Assembly: GCA_963668315.1 (NCBI GenBank)
Contig: OY764216.1
Span: 2,272,001 to 2,336,000, forward strand
From: Spirochaetia bacterium
GTDB taxonomy: Bacteria; Spirochaetota; Spirochaetia; DSM-2461
Reading direction: 5' to 3'
Length of the DNA: 64,000 nt
Both the position numbers and the translations under genes were made by a program. The notes under the pieces are model-generated. The model had not been told where the DNA came from, searched no databases, and worked only from the letters and a program-made list of their open reading frames with translations. Positions 18,024 through 28,780 of the stretch are shown here, piece by piece. Position 1 is the stretch's first letter. Every line of letters begins with the position of its first letter.

Positions 18024-18102
18024 ATAAATCCCGGGAATGGGAAAATCCAATTGAAATGTTGAAGGGGATAAAAAGATTCACCCCTTCGGGAGTGTATGAA
18101 AA

Positions 18103-19827
18103 ATGGCTATTATCCGAAAGAAGAAACTGGTAGAAAACGCAGCCGAAGGGGCCGAGCAGCCAGAACTGGACTTGTTGTCTGAAAAGAGGGAAGGAAAAGA
18201 TTTCTCCCCGGAAACGACTGCTACTGTTACAATAAAAATGAAGAAAGAAGCGCCTGCTGACACTGGGGATGGCGAAGTAAAGAACGAAGAAAAACAGAAT
18301 GAGGAGAGGGAGGAGAACGGCGAGAGCGTTACTGTCAAGCCGGTAAAAAAGACTACTTCCAACTCTCCCAAGAAGAATAATGGTCCCAAAAATAGCAGGA
18401 ATAACCAGAAACCCTTCAGGACCAACAATAATAATAATAACAATAACAGCAACAATAGTAAAACGGGCCGGAACAGTCAGAACCGTCCCAAGAAGAATGC
18501 TTTTAATTACAATGCGATAAATAACGCCCCACTTCCTACCGATGATCAACCCCGGATCCTGATAAATGACCTCTCTGCCATGACGATGCCGGAACTGAGA
18601 AGCCTGGCGGAACAGGGGGGGATGGAAAGAGAAGATCTGATCGTTTTAAAGAAGCAGGAAGTTATTTTCCAGATTCTGAAGAAACATATTGAGGATAACG
18701 GGGTAATTTTTGCCCACGGTTCTCTGGAAATTCTTCCCGATGGGTACGGTTTTCTCCGCTCCCCCGAAAATTCCTATCTTCCGGGCAGTGATGATATCTA
18801 TGTGGCTCCCGCCCAGATTCGTCTTTTTAACCTGAAAACGGGAGATACCGTTTATGGACAGATCCGCTCGCCCAAGGAAAGCGAGAGATTCTTTGCCATG
18901 CTCAGGGTGGAAAAGGTTAACTTTGATGAACCGGCGATTGCCCAGCAGAGAGTCTCCTTTGAGAATCTTACGCCTCTTTTCCCCACCGAGCGGCTGGATA
19001 TGGAGACGAAAATACCCGATCCCGGTACCAGAATGATCAATCTTTTCTGTCCCATCGGAAAAGGCCAGAGAGGCCTTATCGTTTCTCCTCCCCGGACCGG
19101 AAAAACGGTGCTTCTAAAGAAGGTCGCCAATGCCATTATTGAAAATCAGCCCGACGTGCATCTCATCGTGCTGCTGATTGATGAGCGTCCCGAAGAAGTT
19201 ACCGATATGAAGAGAAGCGTTAAGGGTGAGGTAATCGCCTCTACCTTTGATGAGCAGGCTACGAGACATGTCCAGGTGGCTGAAATGGTTCTGGAAAAGG
19301 CCCGCCGGCTGGTGGAGCACAAAAAGGACGTGGTGATTCTGCTGGACTCCATTACCCGTCTGGCCAGAGCCTATAACCAGACCGTTCCCACTTCGGGTAA
19401 GATTCTCTCCGGCGGTGTGGATTCCAACGCTCTTCACAGACCCAAGAGGTTTTTCGGAGCTGCCCGTAATATTGAAAACGGGGGAAGTCTCACCATCGTG
19501 GCGACGGCTCTTATAGAAACGGGAAGCCGCATGGATGAAGTCATTTTTGAAGAGTTCAAGGGAACCGGTAATATGGAGCTCGTTCTTGACCGTCGTCTGG
19601 CCGATAAGCGCGTTTTCCCTGCCCTCAATATCAAAAAATCCGGTACCAGAAGGGAAGATCTGCTTCTGACCAATGACGAGTTGAATAAAATGTGGGTACT
19701 GCGGAAGGTATTGAATCCCATGGATGATATGGAAGCGACCGAGATGATAGTTGACAAAATGCGAAAAACAAAGAATAATGAAGCGTTTCTTAAGTCAATG
19801 AACACGGCCCGTTACGACGAAGCCTGA
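18103..19827 (+). CDS. rho: Transcription termination factor Rho with N-terminal low-complexity extension
   Basis: [53 protein letters not shown]. Confidence 0.98.
   Translation: MAIIRKKKLVENAAEGAEQPELDLLSEKREGKDFSPETTATVTIKMKKEAPADTGDGEVKNEEKQNEEREENGESVTVKPVKKTTSNSPKKNNGPKNSRNNQKPFRTNNNNNNNNSNNSKTGRNSQNRPKKNAFNYNAINNAPLPTDDQPRILINDLSAMTMPELRSLAEQGGMEREDLIVLKKQEVIFQILKKHIEDNGVIFAHGSLEILPDGYGFLRSPENSYLPGSDDIYVAPAQIRLFNLKTGDTVYGQIRSPKESERFFAMLRVEKVNFDEPAIAQQRVSFENLTPLFPTERLDMETKIPDPGTRMINLFCPIGKGQRGLIVSPPRTGKTVLLKKVANAIIENQPDVHLIVLLIDERPEEVTDMKRSVKGEVIASTFDEQATRHVQVAEMVLEKARRLVEHKKDVVILLDSITRLARAYNQTVPTSGKILSGGVDSNALHRPKRFFGAARNIENGGSLTIVATALIETGSRMDEVIFEEFKGTGNMELVLDRRLADKRVFPALNIKKSGTRREDLLLTNDELNKMWVLRKVLNPMDDMEATEMIVDKMRKTKNNEAFLKSMNTARYDEA
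18424..18456 (+). repeat. (AAT/AAC)n poly-Asn tract within rho
   Basis: aacaataataataataacaataacagcaacaat encodes [11 protein letters not shown]. Confidence 0.9.
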
Positions 19828-19890
19828 GAGAAACAGTAAAGAGAAATCAATAGGGAGCCTTTGAATCGGAGGCTCTTGGAGGATAGTAAA

Positions 19891-20100
19891 ATGAAAGAGG
19901 GAATACATCCCAAATATGTAGAGGCCAAAATTACTTGTGCCTGCGGTAACGTGGTAGAGACAAGATCTACTGCCGGTGATATCGAGGTGGAAATCTGTTC
20001 CGCTTGCCATCCCTTCTTTACGGGTAAGCAGAAGCTTGTTGATACGGCAGGTCGTGTTGAGCGGTTTAACAGAAAATACGGTATCAAATCAAACAACTAG
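19891..20100 (+). CDS. rpmE: 50S ribosomal protein L31 (Cys-containing, Zn-binding type)
   Basis: MKEGIHPKY...CACG...[25 protein letters not shown]. Confidence 0.97.
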   Translation: MKEGIHPKYVEAKITCACGNVVETRSTAGDIEVEICSACHPFFTGKQKLVDTAGRVERFNRKYGIKSNN

Positions 20101-20113
20101 TTTGTTTATCATG

Positions 20114-20141
20114 AAAGAGATCCTTCGGGGTCTCTTTTTTT
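20114..20141. terminator. Intrinsic terminator, probably bidirectional
   Basis: AAAGAGATCC-TTCG-GGGTCTCTTT followed by a T run. Confidence 0.85.
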
Positions 20142-21234
20142 ATTCCATAAAGACAAAGCGGTTCCTTCCCTCGTCCTTCGCCCTGTAAAGGGCTTTGTCC
20201 GCCTCAAGTATTATTTCTGAAGGATTATTTCCTCCCCTTAAGCTGCTCATTACTATTCCCATGGATAGGGTTACCCGCTGGAAGGGACTTCTTTCGTGGG
20301 GAATGTCCAGTTTTTTCAATTCATCCAGTATTTCCCGTGAGAAGGTCAGAGATGTTTCTCTGTTGCAGCCGTAAAGAAGGCAGCAGAACTCTTCTCCTCC
20401 GTAGCGGAAGACATAATCGGTTTTTCTCCTGATCTGTTTTTTCAAAAGGAGACCGATTTTTTTGAGAACCTCGTCACCCATGGGATGGCCGTAGTAGTCA
20501 TTGTATTTTTTAAAATAATCCAGATCCATCATGATGAAGGTGACGTATTTCTCTGAATCATGAAAATTCCTTATCAGAAAAGCCCAGATGCTGTCCAGGT
20601 ACCGACGGTTATAGAGACCGGTCAGCCCGTCCTTGATGGCCTGGTCCTTAAGCTCCTCTAAGGTAATCAGAAGTCTTTTCTCCATTTTTTCACGGGTCTT
20701 CTCATAGAGGAATATGAGGAACGTTGCCAAAAGATAGCTGGTCACGAAGCGATAGAGAAAGGTTGAAGGGTAATCGGGGAGAAACTCAAAGGAAAGGGAG
20801 AGGGGGAGAATGCTGAAGGAGATCAGAATAAGGGAGTAGAGGGAGCCCTTTTTCCCGCCAAGCATGAACATGCTGAGTATGGGATAGGTATAGAACCATA
20901 CAAAAGAGTATCCTCCTGCACGGCTGGTGAGGAAAAGGGAGAGGAAAAAGAGCAGGACGAGAATGAGGGTCGCTTCGATGATCCTGTCGGGAGATTCCGC
21001 TTTTCCCATGGCCGTAAGAAGTGTTACCAGCACCAGCGCGAAGAGAAAGTCCAGAAAGCCCAGCATCCGGTCTCCTCTCAAGCATGACAGAAGTCCAATG
21101 GCAAGGAGAACTGTCAAACCGGTAAAGACCATAATGGTGTACATGAGCCTCTTTCTCTGTCTTTCGTCGGTGAGTGAAACCCTTTGGGACAGATACGCCT
21201 CCAGCTGGTTGATGTACATCTTGAATAATTTCAT
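20140..21234 (-). CDS. Membrane-bound diguanylate cyclase (GGDEF)
   Basis: About six TM helices; DGLTGLYNRR, DLDYFKKYND.YGH..GD, RKTD I-site, RYGGEEF. Confidence 0.93.
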   Translation of the reverse strand: MKLFKMYINQLEAYLSQRVSLTDERQRKRLMYTIMVFTGLTVLLAIGLLSCLRGDRMLGFLDFLFALVLVTLLTAMGKAESPDRIIEATLILVLLFFLSLFLTSRAGGYSFVWFYTYPILSMFMLGGKKGSLYSLILISFSILPLSLSFEFLPDYPSTFLYRFVTSYLLATFLIFLYEKTREKMEKRLLITLEELKDQAIKDGLTGLYNRRYLDSIWAFLIRNFHDSEKYVTFIMMDLDYFKKYNDYYGHPMGDEVLKKIGLLLKKQIRRKTDYVFRYGGEEFCCLLYGCNRETSLTFSREILDELKKLDIPHERSPFQRVTLSMGIVMSSLRGGNNPSEIILEADKALYRAKDEGRNRFVFME

Positions 21235-21348
21235 GAATTCATTATAAGGGCTGGAGGTGAATAACGCAAAAAAAGAGAAATCCGCCGAAAAAGCGGCGGT
21301 AGATTTTTCCGTTGCAAAAAAAGCCATAATAGCTTACTATAAATATGA

Positions 21349-22491
21349 ATGGACACAATCGCCAGTCTGCATCAGAAAGAATACAAGGAAGCTCCTCTCA
21401 TTATCGTATCAGCACCGGGTCAGGTTAACATAATGGGGGAAAGAAACGAATATGCCGATGCCTATGTCATGGGTATGGCCCTGGATAAGAGGCTGGTCAT
21501 GTCCGTATCCAGATCAAAGGACAACTCCCTTTATCTCTACTCTTCCACCCTGGGAGAGAGGAAAAGAGTCAACCTTTCCACACTTAAATACAAACGTGAA
21601 GACCGGTGGGCTAATTATTTCAAGGGAATTATCGTGGCTTTCCAGCAGTTGGGCGCCGAACCGGAAGGGGTGAACGTCACCATAGGGGGAGATCTTCCCC
21701 ACGGCATAGGTCTGGGATCCTCTTCTGCCATGCAGGTGGCCTTCGCTTTCGCTCTGAATGAAATAATCGGCAGCGGCTTTTCCCTTATTCAGCTGGCCGA
21801 TATTGCCAGGCTGGCCGATTACCAGTTCCTCAAGGACGATTCGGGAATTGCCTCTCCCCTTATCAGCTGTCTGGGCCGGAACGATCATTTCCTCATGATC
21901 GATACGAAAGATCTGACCTCCGAGTTCTTCCCCATTAATATGGAAGGGTACTCCCTTATCATAACCGACTCCCATGTCCCCTTTCATCTGGACAAGGACG
22001 ATCATATCGATTTCCGCCGGGAATACAGCGAAGCGGGGCAGATCATACGCCGCCATAAACTGGGCATGTCCGTCAGGGACCTGACGGGACGGGACATCTC
22101 TCAGTCGGTTGAGATCCTCTCCGAAGACACCCGGCGGTACTGCCTGCATCTTATTGAGGAGAATCAGCGTGTTGAAGAGATGAAAGAGGCGCTGAAAAGG
22201 CAGGACTGGGAACAGATGGCCCGTCTTCTCATCAGGTCCCATGAGAGTCTGCGGGATCTTCTGGAAATTACCTGTCCCGAGCTGGACTGGCTGGTCAAAC
22301 GTATACAGGAACTATCACCTCCCTCGGGCAGCCGCATGTTCGGACCCGGTTTCGGCGGGTGTACAATTTCCCTGATCCATGATAGTAATATACCCAAGTA
22401 CGAAGAGATATTGGAGGAGTATGAGCGGATTTTCGGATTCAAAGCGGAATACTTCTTTTGCCGTCCTTCTGCAGGGGTAAGGAAAGAATGA
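21349..22491 (+). CDS. Galactokinase-like GHMP kinase with degenerate active site
   Basis: APGQVNIMGE, PHGIGLGSSSA, SHESLRD..EITCPELD and GPGFGGC motifs. Confidence 0.8.
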   Translation: MDTIASLHQKEYKEAPLIIVSAPGQVNIMGERNEYADAYVMGMALDKRLVMSVSRSKDNSLYLYSSTLGERKRVNLSTLKYKREDRWANYFKGIIVAFQQLGAEPEGVNVTIGGDLPHGIGLGSSSAMQVAFAFALNEIIGSGFSLIQLADIARLADYQFLKDDSGIASPLISCLGRNDHFLMIDTKDLTSEFFPINMEGYSLIITDSHVPFHLDKDDHIDFRREYSEAGQIIRRHKLGMSVRDLTGRDISQSVEILSEDTRRYCLHLIEENQRVEEMKEALKRQDWEQMARLLIRSHESLRDLLEITCPELDWLVKRIQELSPPSGSRMFGPGFGGCTISLIHDSNIPKYEEILEEYERIFGFKAEYFFCRPSAGVRKE

Positions 22492-23234
22492 ATATTCTTC
22501 TGACAAATGACGACGGGTATGACAGGCAGGGTATTTCCCAGCTGGCCCGTGAACTCGGTAAGGAACACACCGTCTGTATTGTGGCTCCCGACGGCAACCG
22601 TTCCGGTTATGCCCACGGTTTTACTCTCCATGATCCGGTAAGGTTCCGCCGTGTGGCCGAAAGTGTCTGGGCCTGCAGCGGTACTCCCGCGGACTGTGTG
22701 TCCATCACGGCCCATGGAATGTTCGGATTCGAGCCGGATCTTATCATTTCCGGTATTAATTACGGGCCCAATCTGGGAACGGACATCATCTACTCCGGGA
22801 CCGCCGCGGCTGCCCGTGAGGGAGCGCTGAAGGGAATCCCCTCGGTGGCTGTTTCTCTGGTGCAGAGGGACGCACCCTATGATTTTTCCCGTTCCGTTGA
22901 ATTTATCGCCTCGAGAATTGAAGAGTTCCGCTCCCTCTGGGACAAGGACCATTTTCTGAATATCAACATACCGGCGGTGATTAAAGACCCCCTGGAGGTC
23001 CGTATCACCTCGCCCTGTATGAGAAAATATGTTGACAATTATCAATGCTTTACCGATCCCCACGGAGACCTTTTCACTTTTATGGACGGGGATATCGACG
23101 TTTCCCAGCCCGAAGAGGGGTCGGACCTGGAAGCGGTGGAGAAGGGGGTGATTTCCCTGTCTCCCATTTCCATCCATCCGGAAAACAGCCGGCAGGTGTT
23201 GAACGCGTACCGGCAGGCGTGGGAAAGGGAGTAA
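22488..23234 (+). CDS. surE: 5'/3'-nucleotidase SurE
   Basis: MNILLTNDDG, GTPADCV, SGINYGPNLG...YSGT. Confidence 0.96.
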   Translation: MNILLTNDDGYDRQGISQLARELGKEHTVCIVAPDGNRSGYAHGFTLHDPVRFRRVAESVWACSGTPADCVSITAHGMFGFEPDLIISGINYGPNLGTDIIYSGTAAAAREGALKGIPSVAVSLVQRDAPYDFSRSVEFIASRIEEFRSLWDKDHFLNINIPAVIKDPLEVRITSPCMRKYVDNYQCFTDPHGDLFTFMDGDIDVSQPEEGSDLEAVEKGVISLSPISIHPENSRQVLNAYRQAWERE

Positions 23235-23238
23235 TTCC

Positions 23239-23904
23239 GTGGGCAAGGAACAGGGAATTCAGGCCTACGGCGAAGGTGATTTTCACGAAGCTCTGGAGCA
23301 GTTTCTTCTGGATGACACCGATCCGGCAGCCGATGTGGAACTCTCCTATTATCTGGGACTCTGCTACACCCGCATGGACGATCTTGAAACAGCCCAGCTC
23401 TACCTTAACCGCGTGGTGGAGGCCGATTTCAACCTAATAAGAATCTATCAGTCCCGTATGATCCTCAGTTATATCTTTGCCATTTCGGAAAGGTTTGAAA
23501 GCGCCCGGTATCAGCTGGAACAGATCATAAACGAAGGCTTCGAGTCTCCCCAGGTATTCGCTTCACTCGGGTATAACAGCTGGGCTCTCGGTGAGACGGA
23601 TAAGGCGGTGGAGTACTATCGAAAAGCCATAGAGATCGACAGTGAAAATATCACCAGCCTGAACTCTCTCGGCTACATCCTGGCCGATGAGAAGATGGAT
23701 CTCAGGGAAGCGGTGGAGAACTGCCGCAAGGCCGTCGAGAGCAATCCGGAGAACAGTAATTATCTTGATTCCCTTGGCTGGGCCTATTATCGCATGGGAA
23801 ATTACAAGCTCGCCTACCAATACCTTCAGAGAGCCATAACTCTGGACAGGAACAATGGAGCGGTAAAACAGCATCTTACTGTTGTGGAGAAGCATCTTGG
23901 ATAG
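23239..23904 (+). CDS. TPR protein
   Basis: SLNSLGYILA and YLDSLGWAYY TPR motifs. Confidence 0.85.
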   Translation: MGKEQGIQAYGEGDFHEALEQFLLDDTDPAADVELSYYLGLCYTRMDDLETAQLYLNRVVEADFNLIRIYQSRMILSYIFAISERFESARYQLEQIINEGFESPQVFASLGYNSWALGETDKAVEYYRKAIEIDSENITSLNSLGYILADEKMDLREAVENCRKAVESNPENSNYLDSLGWAYYRMGNYKLAYQYLQRAITLDRNNGAVKQHLTVVEKHLG

Positions 23905-25918
23905 AAAAATCGCCCTCTTTCTGCTTTTCATTCTGCTTCTTTTCTCTCTCCATTCACAGAATATCGATATGGATCAAGTCAATGCGGACGAGGAATTTCG
24001 TATCGGTGTGAATGCCTTCCACCAGGGGTTCTTCAATAAGGCCGTTCTGGCCATGGAGCGCTCTCTCGCTCTAAAGCCGGAAAGCAGTCTGGTGCGTGAA
24101 TGGCTGGGCCGCTGCTATTATCAGTCGGGATACGAAAATGCCGCCCTGAACGAATGGGATAATATCATACAGTCCGGTAAAGGCGGAGAAGCCTTAAATA
24201 ATCTGCGCAATATGGTGTACGAGCGGCGGGGTCTCTTGAACGAGCTGAAGGAGAGAGACTCTTGGGTGGAGCTGCTTCAATTGAGCCGAAACAGCGAGGA
24301 TATGCCGCTTTTTACCCGGCCCACTTCGGTCGACGCGTCACGGGACGGAACCGGCGGATATTATGTCGTGAACTTTGCCGGCGGAGAGATTGAAAAGTTT
24401 GACGCCAACGGTAATATGAAGGACCGTTTTGACGGGGGAATCGACAGTTTCAGGCGTCCCTTTGATGTCAAAGTCCTTCCCGACGGGAGAATGCTCGTTT
24501 CCGAGTACTCCGGCGACAGGGTGACCCTGACCGATCAGAGGGGTTACCGCTCCCTTACAATAGGGGAGACCGGAACGGGGGAGGGAAAGCTTCTGGGCCC
24601 CCAGTATCTGGCTCTGTCGGATAACTATTTTTATATCACCGACTGGGGAAACTCCCGGGTTGTCAAATATGATCTGGAAGGGCAGTTTATCCTTCAGTTC
24701 GGCGGAAGTACCACCTATTATGAGGGGCTAAAAGGGCCTTCGGGCATCGCTGTCATCGAGGGCGTTGTTTATGTGGCCGATACGGATCTGGGAAAGATTT
24801 TCGCCTTTGATGAAAACGGCAACTATCTCTATACCCTCATCGAAGAGGGGCTGGATAAACCGGAAGGGCTTACCTTAAGAGATTCGGGGGATCTGCTTAT
24901 CGCCGACGGACAGAGAATTCTCAATTTTGACTTTGAGACGGAAACTCTGGCGGTGATCTACGAACAGCCCGAATCGGAAGAGGGGCGTATCATGAAAACC
25001 GCCTTTGATGAAAACAACAACCTCATCGTCCCCGATTTCAATAATAACAGGATTTCCCTGATGACGGAACTCTCCACCCTTTACGGGGGGCTTTTTGTTA
25101 CCATTAACAGGGTGGATACGGCGGCATTTCCCGAAGTCCTGGTAGATTTCACCGTTCTTGACCGTTACGGCAATCCCTGTGTCGGACTGGATATGGCAAA
25201 CTTCCTCATCAAAGAGGATCAGTACTATCTTAACAGGATGGAACAGTTCGAAAGAGGAACAGATCTGGCTGTTTCCTTTCTCTTCCAGTCCTCCGCCGAT
25301 GTGGTGGATTCCAGGGAGAGGATAAAAGAGTCCCTGCTGGAATTGCTGAACACAAAAAATCCGGAAGACCGGTTTTCCTATCAGGCCACGGCCGAGACAC
25401 CCTATGAGCTTATCGGAGAAGGGGGAAACCCCCTGGTCGGTCTGGAAGAGAATTGGGGCATAAGGGATAATGCCCAGCTGGATACGGCCTTACGCATGGC
25501 CTCTTCCGGTCTGATAAATGACCGGAGGAGACGGGTCCTTTTCTTCTATACAGACGGCAAGCTCCCCGTGGATGCCTTTGATACCTACGGACTGGTCGAA
25601 ACCGGCCGTTTCATGAAGAATAACAACATATTGTTCTATCCCATCTATATCGACGGTGCTCAGCGGAGCGAAGAGCTGGATTATCTGGCCGATGAGACGG
25701 GCGGGGAAGGTTCCTATCTGCTGAGAAGCCGGGGATTGGGAGAAATACTGGAAGGAATCAGAAAGGAAAGGATGGGGAACTACACTCTGTCTTTTGTTTC
25801 TCAGAGCCGTAATGATTTCGGGAGAGCTTACATTCCCCTCAGTGTGGAAGTGAATTATCTGAAGAAAAGCGGACGGGACGAAATGGGATATTTCGCCCCG
25901 CTGGATTTCAGTTATTAA
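23897..25918 (+). CDS. Secreted TPR + NHL beta-propeller + vWA-like protein
   Basis: Signal peptide; TPR; NHL repeats (GPQYLA..YITDWGNSRV, GPSGIA..YVADT); C-terminal alpha/beta domain. Confidence 0.75.
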   Translation: MDRKIALFLLFILLLFSLHSQNIDMDQVNADEEFRIGVNAFHQGFFNKAVLAMERSLALKPESSLVREWLGRCYYQSGYENAALNEWDNIIQSGKGGEALNNLRNMVYERRGLLNELKERDSWVELLQLSRNSEDMPLFTRPTSVDASRDGTGGYYVVNFAGGEIEKFDANGNMKDRFDGGIDSFRRPFDVKVLPDGRMLVSEYSGDRVTLTDQRGYRSLTIGETGTGEGKLLGPQYLALSDNYFYITDWGNSRVVKYDLEGQFILQFGGSTTYYEGLKGPSGIAVIEGVVYVADTDLGKIFAFDENGNYLYTLIEEGLDKPEGLTLRDSGDLLIADGQRILNFDFETETLAVIYEQPESEEGRIMKTAFDENNNLIVPDFNNNRISLMTELSTLYGGLFVTINRVDTAAFPEVLVDFTVLDRYGNPCVGLDMANFLIKEDQYYLNRMEQFERGTDLAVSFLFQSSADVVDSRERIKESLLELLNTKNPEDRFSYQATAETPYELIGEGGNPLVGLEENWGIRDNAQLDTALRMASSGLINDRRRRVLFFYTDGKLPVDAFDTYGLVETGRFMKNNNILFYPIYIDGAQRSEELDYLADETGGEGSYLLRSRGLGEILEGIRKERMGNYTLSFVSQSRNDFGRAYIPLSVEVNYLKKSGRDEMGYFAPLDFSY

Positions 25919-25926
25919 AGTTTCTT

Positions 25927-26616
25927 TTAAAGTATAGCGAAAACTTTCCAGCCCCTGTCGGCTTTCTTGAAGTAGAAGTTCTGGATGTCATTCCAGAAAA
26001 TCACCAGCTCCAGAGGTGTGTTCTCAGAATTGATATTGGCTTTGACTTCCAGGATGATGACGTCCTTTGAATTGTCGGAGTAGCTGAAGCTTAAGTTTTC
26101 CATATCGTAAAGATCGCTTGAATCGTAGATCGTCAGATCATAGGCGGAGAAAATATAGTCCAGGTCCTCTTCTATTTTGTCCCGGGGAACTCCCGAGAGA
26201 TATCCGTCCATCGCCAGAGGCTCGTCCAGAAGGGAAAGTACCTTTTCCTTGTTTTCGGCGAGAAGAGCCCTCACCAGTTTCCGGAAATAATAACCCACGG
26301 CCTTCTGATCCTCTTCTGAAACCATGCTGACCTGGGGTGTGTCCTCGGCCAGCGCGGCTTCTCTGACCGCCGTCTGTCTCGCCCGGGCGGCTTCGGAAAG
26401 ATCGGCTATCTGATTTCTGAGAATTTCGGCGGTTTCCTCGTAGGCTGCTCCCCGTTCCTCTTCTCCGTTAAGAGCAAAATGCTCCCCCACGGCCTGATAA
26501 GCTTCGGCCAGAGCCAGTTTCTGAGCGTCATTCAAACCTTCGAAACGGTCCTCTACAGCACTTAGGGTTAAGACAAACCCTATGAGAAGGGGTAAGGTTA
26601 AAAGCAGTTTCTTCAT
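25927..26616 (-). CDS. Hypothetical secreted protein
   Basis: GGAGG RBS; MKKLLL signal peptide; possible NTF2-like C-terminus (FYFKKADRGWKVFAI). Confidence 0.75.
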   Translation of the reverse strand: MKKLLLTLPLLIGFVLTLSAVEDRFEGLNDAQKLALAEAYQAVGEHFALNGEEERGAAYEETAEILRNQIADLSEAARARQTAVREAALAEDTPQVSMVSEEDQKAVGYYFRKLVRALLAENKEKVLSLLDEPLAMDGYLSGVPRDKIEEDLDYIFSAYDLTIYDSSDLYDMENLSFSYSDNSKDVIILEVKANINSENTPLELVIFWNDIQNFYFKKADRGWKVFAIL

Positions 26617-26744
26617 GATTACCTCCAAATTGTGAAGCGCCTCTGCCCCTTCATTAGGAGAGGGACGGTTCAACATTACTATAAAGGATATCACGTTTTC
26701 TGTCCATTGACAAAGATTCAATAATAAATAATATGATAGTCGCC

Positions 26745-27827
26745 ATGGGCAGAATAGTAGTAAAGATCGGAACGAATACATTAACCGGGGAAAAGGGGAT
26801 AGACAAGGAGTATCTTGACCTTCTTGCCGACCAGGTAGAGGAACTCAGAAGTAAAGGGCATCAGGTGATGATTGTCACCTCCGGAGCCATCGGTGCGGGC
26901 TCCCGCCGCATGGGGGTCAAAAAGAAGGTTCGGAAAATCGAGTACCGCCAGGCCTATGCCGCCATCGGCCAGCCCCTTCTCATGCACAGCTACCAGAAGG
27001 CTTTCCAGCTGAGGAATATTCCTATTGCACAGATTCTCGTCACCAGACAGATCTTCAACAACCGGGAGTATTACCTGAATGTGAGGAATTCGGTGGATAC
27101 CCTCCTCAAGATGGATGTGGTTCCCATCTTCAATGAGAATGATTCCATATCCACAAGCGAAATCGGCCCCGTTTTTGGTGATAACGACTCACTCAGCGCC
27201 CATGTGGCCAGCAAACTTGATGCGGATCAGCTCATCATACTCAGTGATATCGACGGCCTTTACGATAAAAACCCCCGTGAATTCGAAGACGCCCGCCTTA
27301 TTCCCCTCGTGGAGCATCTTACCGATGATATCATGGCCATGGCGGGAGAGGGCGGATCGGAATTCTCAACAGGCGGTATGAAAACCAAGCTCGCCGCTGT
27401 GAAAATCGCCTATCGGGCCGGTTGCGAAGTCGTTCTGGCCAATGGCAGGGCCGACCGGATTATCTGCCGCATCATGAACGGCGAAAATATCGGAACCCGC
27501 TTTCTCGCCGGAGAAAAGCTGAACAGCCGCAACCGATGGATCTACAATGCCGAGCCGTCGGGCACGATTTATGTGGATGAGGGGGCCGAAAAGGCGCTTC
27601 TTTCCCATAAGAGTCTTCTTCCCCCGGGTATTACCGGAGTGGACGGTTTCTTCGGTGCCGGAGACGTGGTTTACATCAACCGCCGTTTCAAAGCTGTCAG
27701 CAACCTTTCATCCGATGAAATTCGAATGCTCACGGGGCATCACTCCCGGGATATACCCAAACTTCTGGGGCCGGAAAAACGGGATGACGTGGCCCGACCT
27801 GAAGACATCGTCCTCATCGAAGATTAG
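26745..27827 (+). CDS. proB: Glutamate 5-kinase with PUA domain
   Basis: VVKIGTNTL, VTSGAIGAG, NENDSI, FGDNDSLSA, TGGMKTKL. Confidence 0.96.
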   Translation: MGRIVVKIGTNTLTGEKGIDKEYLDLLADQVEELRSKGHQVMIVTSGAIGAGSRRMGVKKKVRKIEYRQAYAAIGQPLLMHSYQKAFQLRNIPIAQILVTRQIFNNREYYLNVRNSVDTLLKMDVVPIFNENDSISTSEIGPVFGDNDSLSAHVASKLDADQLIILSDIDGLYDKNPREFEDARLIPLVEHLTDDIMAMAGEGGSEFSTGGMKTKLAAVKIAYRAGCEVVLANGRADRIICRIMNGENIGTRFLAGEKLNSRNRWIYNAEPSGTIYVDEGAEKALLSHKSLLPPGITGVDGFFGAGDVVYINRRFKAVSNLSSDEIRMLTGHHSRDIPKLLGPEKRDDVARPEDIVLIED

Positions 27828-28734
27828 CGCGGATCCACTTTTCCGTATTTTCGCGGAAGAGAAGGGGATCGTCCAGTCGCTTCAGTTTCTCCAGTTCCGT
27901 ACCGGGAATTCCGGCAAAGCGTGAAAAGTATGTCCAGAGACCCTTCAGCCGGGCAAAAGATTTGGGTCTGGTTCCCATCTCTTCCGCCAGGTCCCGGTGG
28001 AACTCTATGAACCGGTCACGCTTTTCCTTCACGGGAAGTGAGCCGCCTTTCCTGATCTCTTCCGCCAGAAAGGGATTGTAAAAGACACCCCTTCCGATCA
28101 TGGCCCCTTCCATCATATCCCCCATCTCCCGGGTCAGTGTCTCATAATCGGCGCAGGTGGTAATATCTCCGTTAAAAATCACCGGCTTGCCCCAGACTTC
28201 GGCGCAGCGGGCTATTTCGCTCCAGTCGACCGATCCCGAGTAAAACTGTTCCGCCGTTCTGCCGTGAATAATAAGATCTGTCAGAGGAAAGGAACGCCAC
28301 CGGGTGAGCTGGTTTCTGAGTTCGTCTCTGCCGCTGTAGCCGATTCGGGTCTTAACCGAGAAGGGAAGGGCCGATTCTGCCGAGAGCTCCGTGAGAAGAT
28401 CCAGAAGGGTCTGCGGTTCGGAGAGCAGAGCGGAGCCCTTGTTTTTTCTTATCACCACCGGCGCGGGGCAGCCCAGATTAAGATTGAAACCTTCAAATCC
28501 GTGTTCTCTGAGAAGGCGGGTAAAGGGAATGAGCCGATCGCTTCTCTGTCCCATAAGCTGAGTTATCAGAGGAATGGGGATGGAGCCCCCCTCTCTCTGC
28601 GCCTTAATGGCCTCATCCTCTGAGGAGAGCAGAAAGGGGGCTACCGCTCCGTCAAATCCGGAGAAATGGCTGAAGTAAAAGGAGCGGAAGTGGGCGTCGG
28701 TCAAACCCTTGAGGGGAGCAAAGAGCAATTTCAT
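27814..28734 (-). CDS. tRNA-dihydrouridine synthase family protein
   Basis: APLKGLTD, NLNLGCP, SVKTRIG, IHGRT, NGDI and MIGRG motifs. Confidence 0.9.
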   Translation of the reverse strand: MKLLFAPLKGLTDAHFRSFYFSHFSGFDGAVAPFLLSSEDEAIKAQREGGSIPIPLITQLMGQRSDRLIPFTRLLREHGFEGFNLNLGCPAPVVIRKNKGSALLSEPQTLLDLLTELSAESALPFSVKTRIGYSGRDELRNQLTRWRSFPLTDLIIHGRTAEQFYSGSVDWSEIARCAEVWGKPVIFNGDITTCADYETLTREMGDMMEGAMIGRGVFYNPFLAEEIRKGGSLPVKEKRDRFIEFHRDLAEEMGTRPKSFARLKGLWTYFSRFAGIPGTELEKLKRLDDPLLFRENTEKWIRANLR

Positions 28735-28780
28735 GCAGCCAGTATAGTCATTGCCCTTTCCTCTGAAAAGAGCAAACCTC

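Noticed and set aside
18078..18455. Poly-Leu signal-peptide-like ORF
   Set aside because: Reverse complement of the rho poly-Asn tract.
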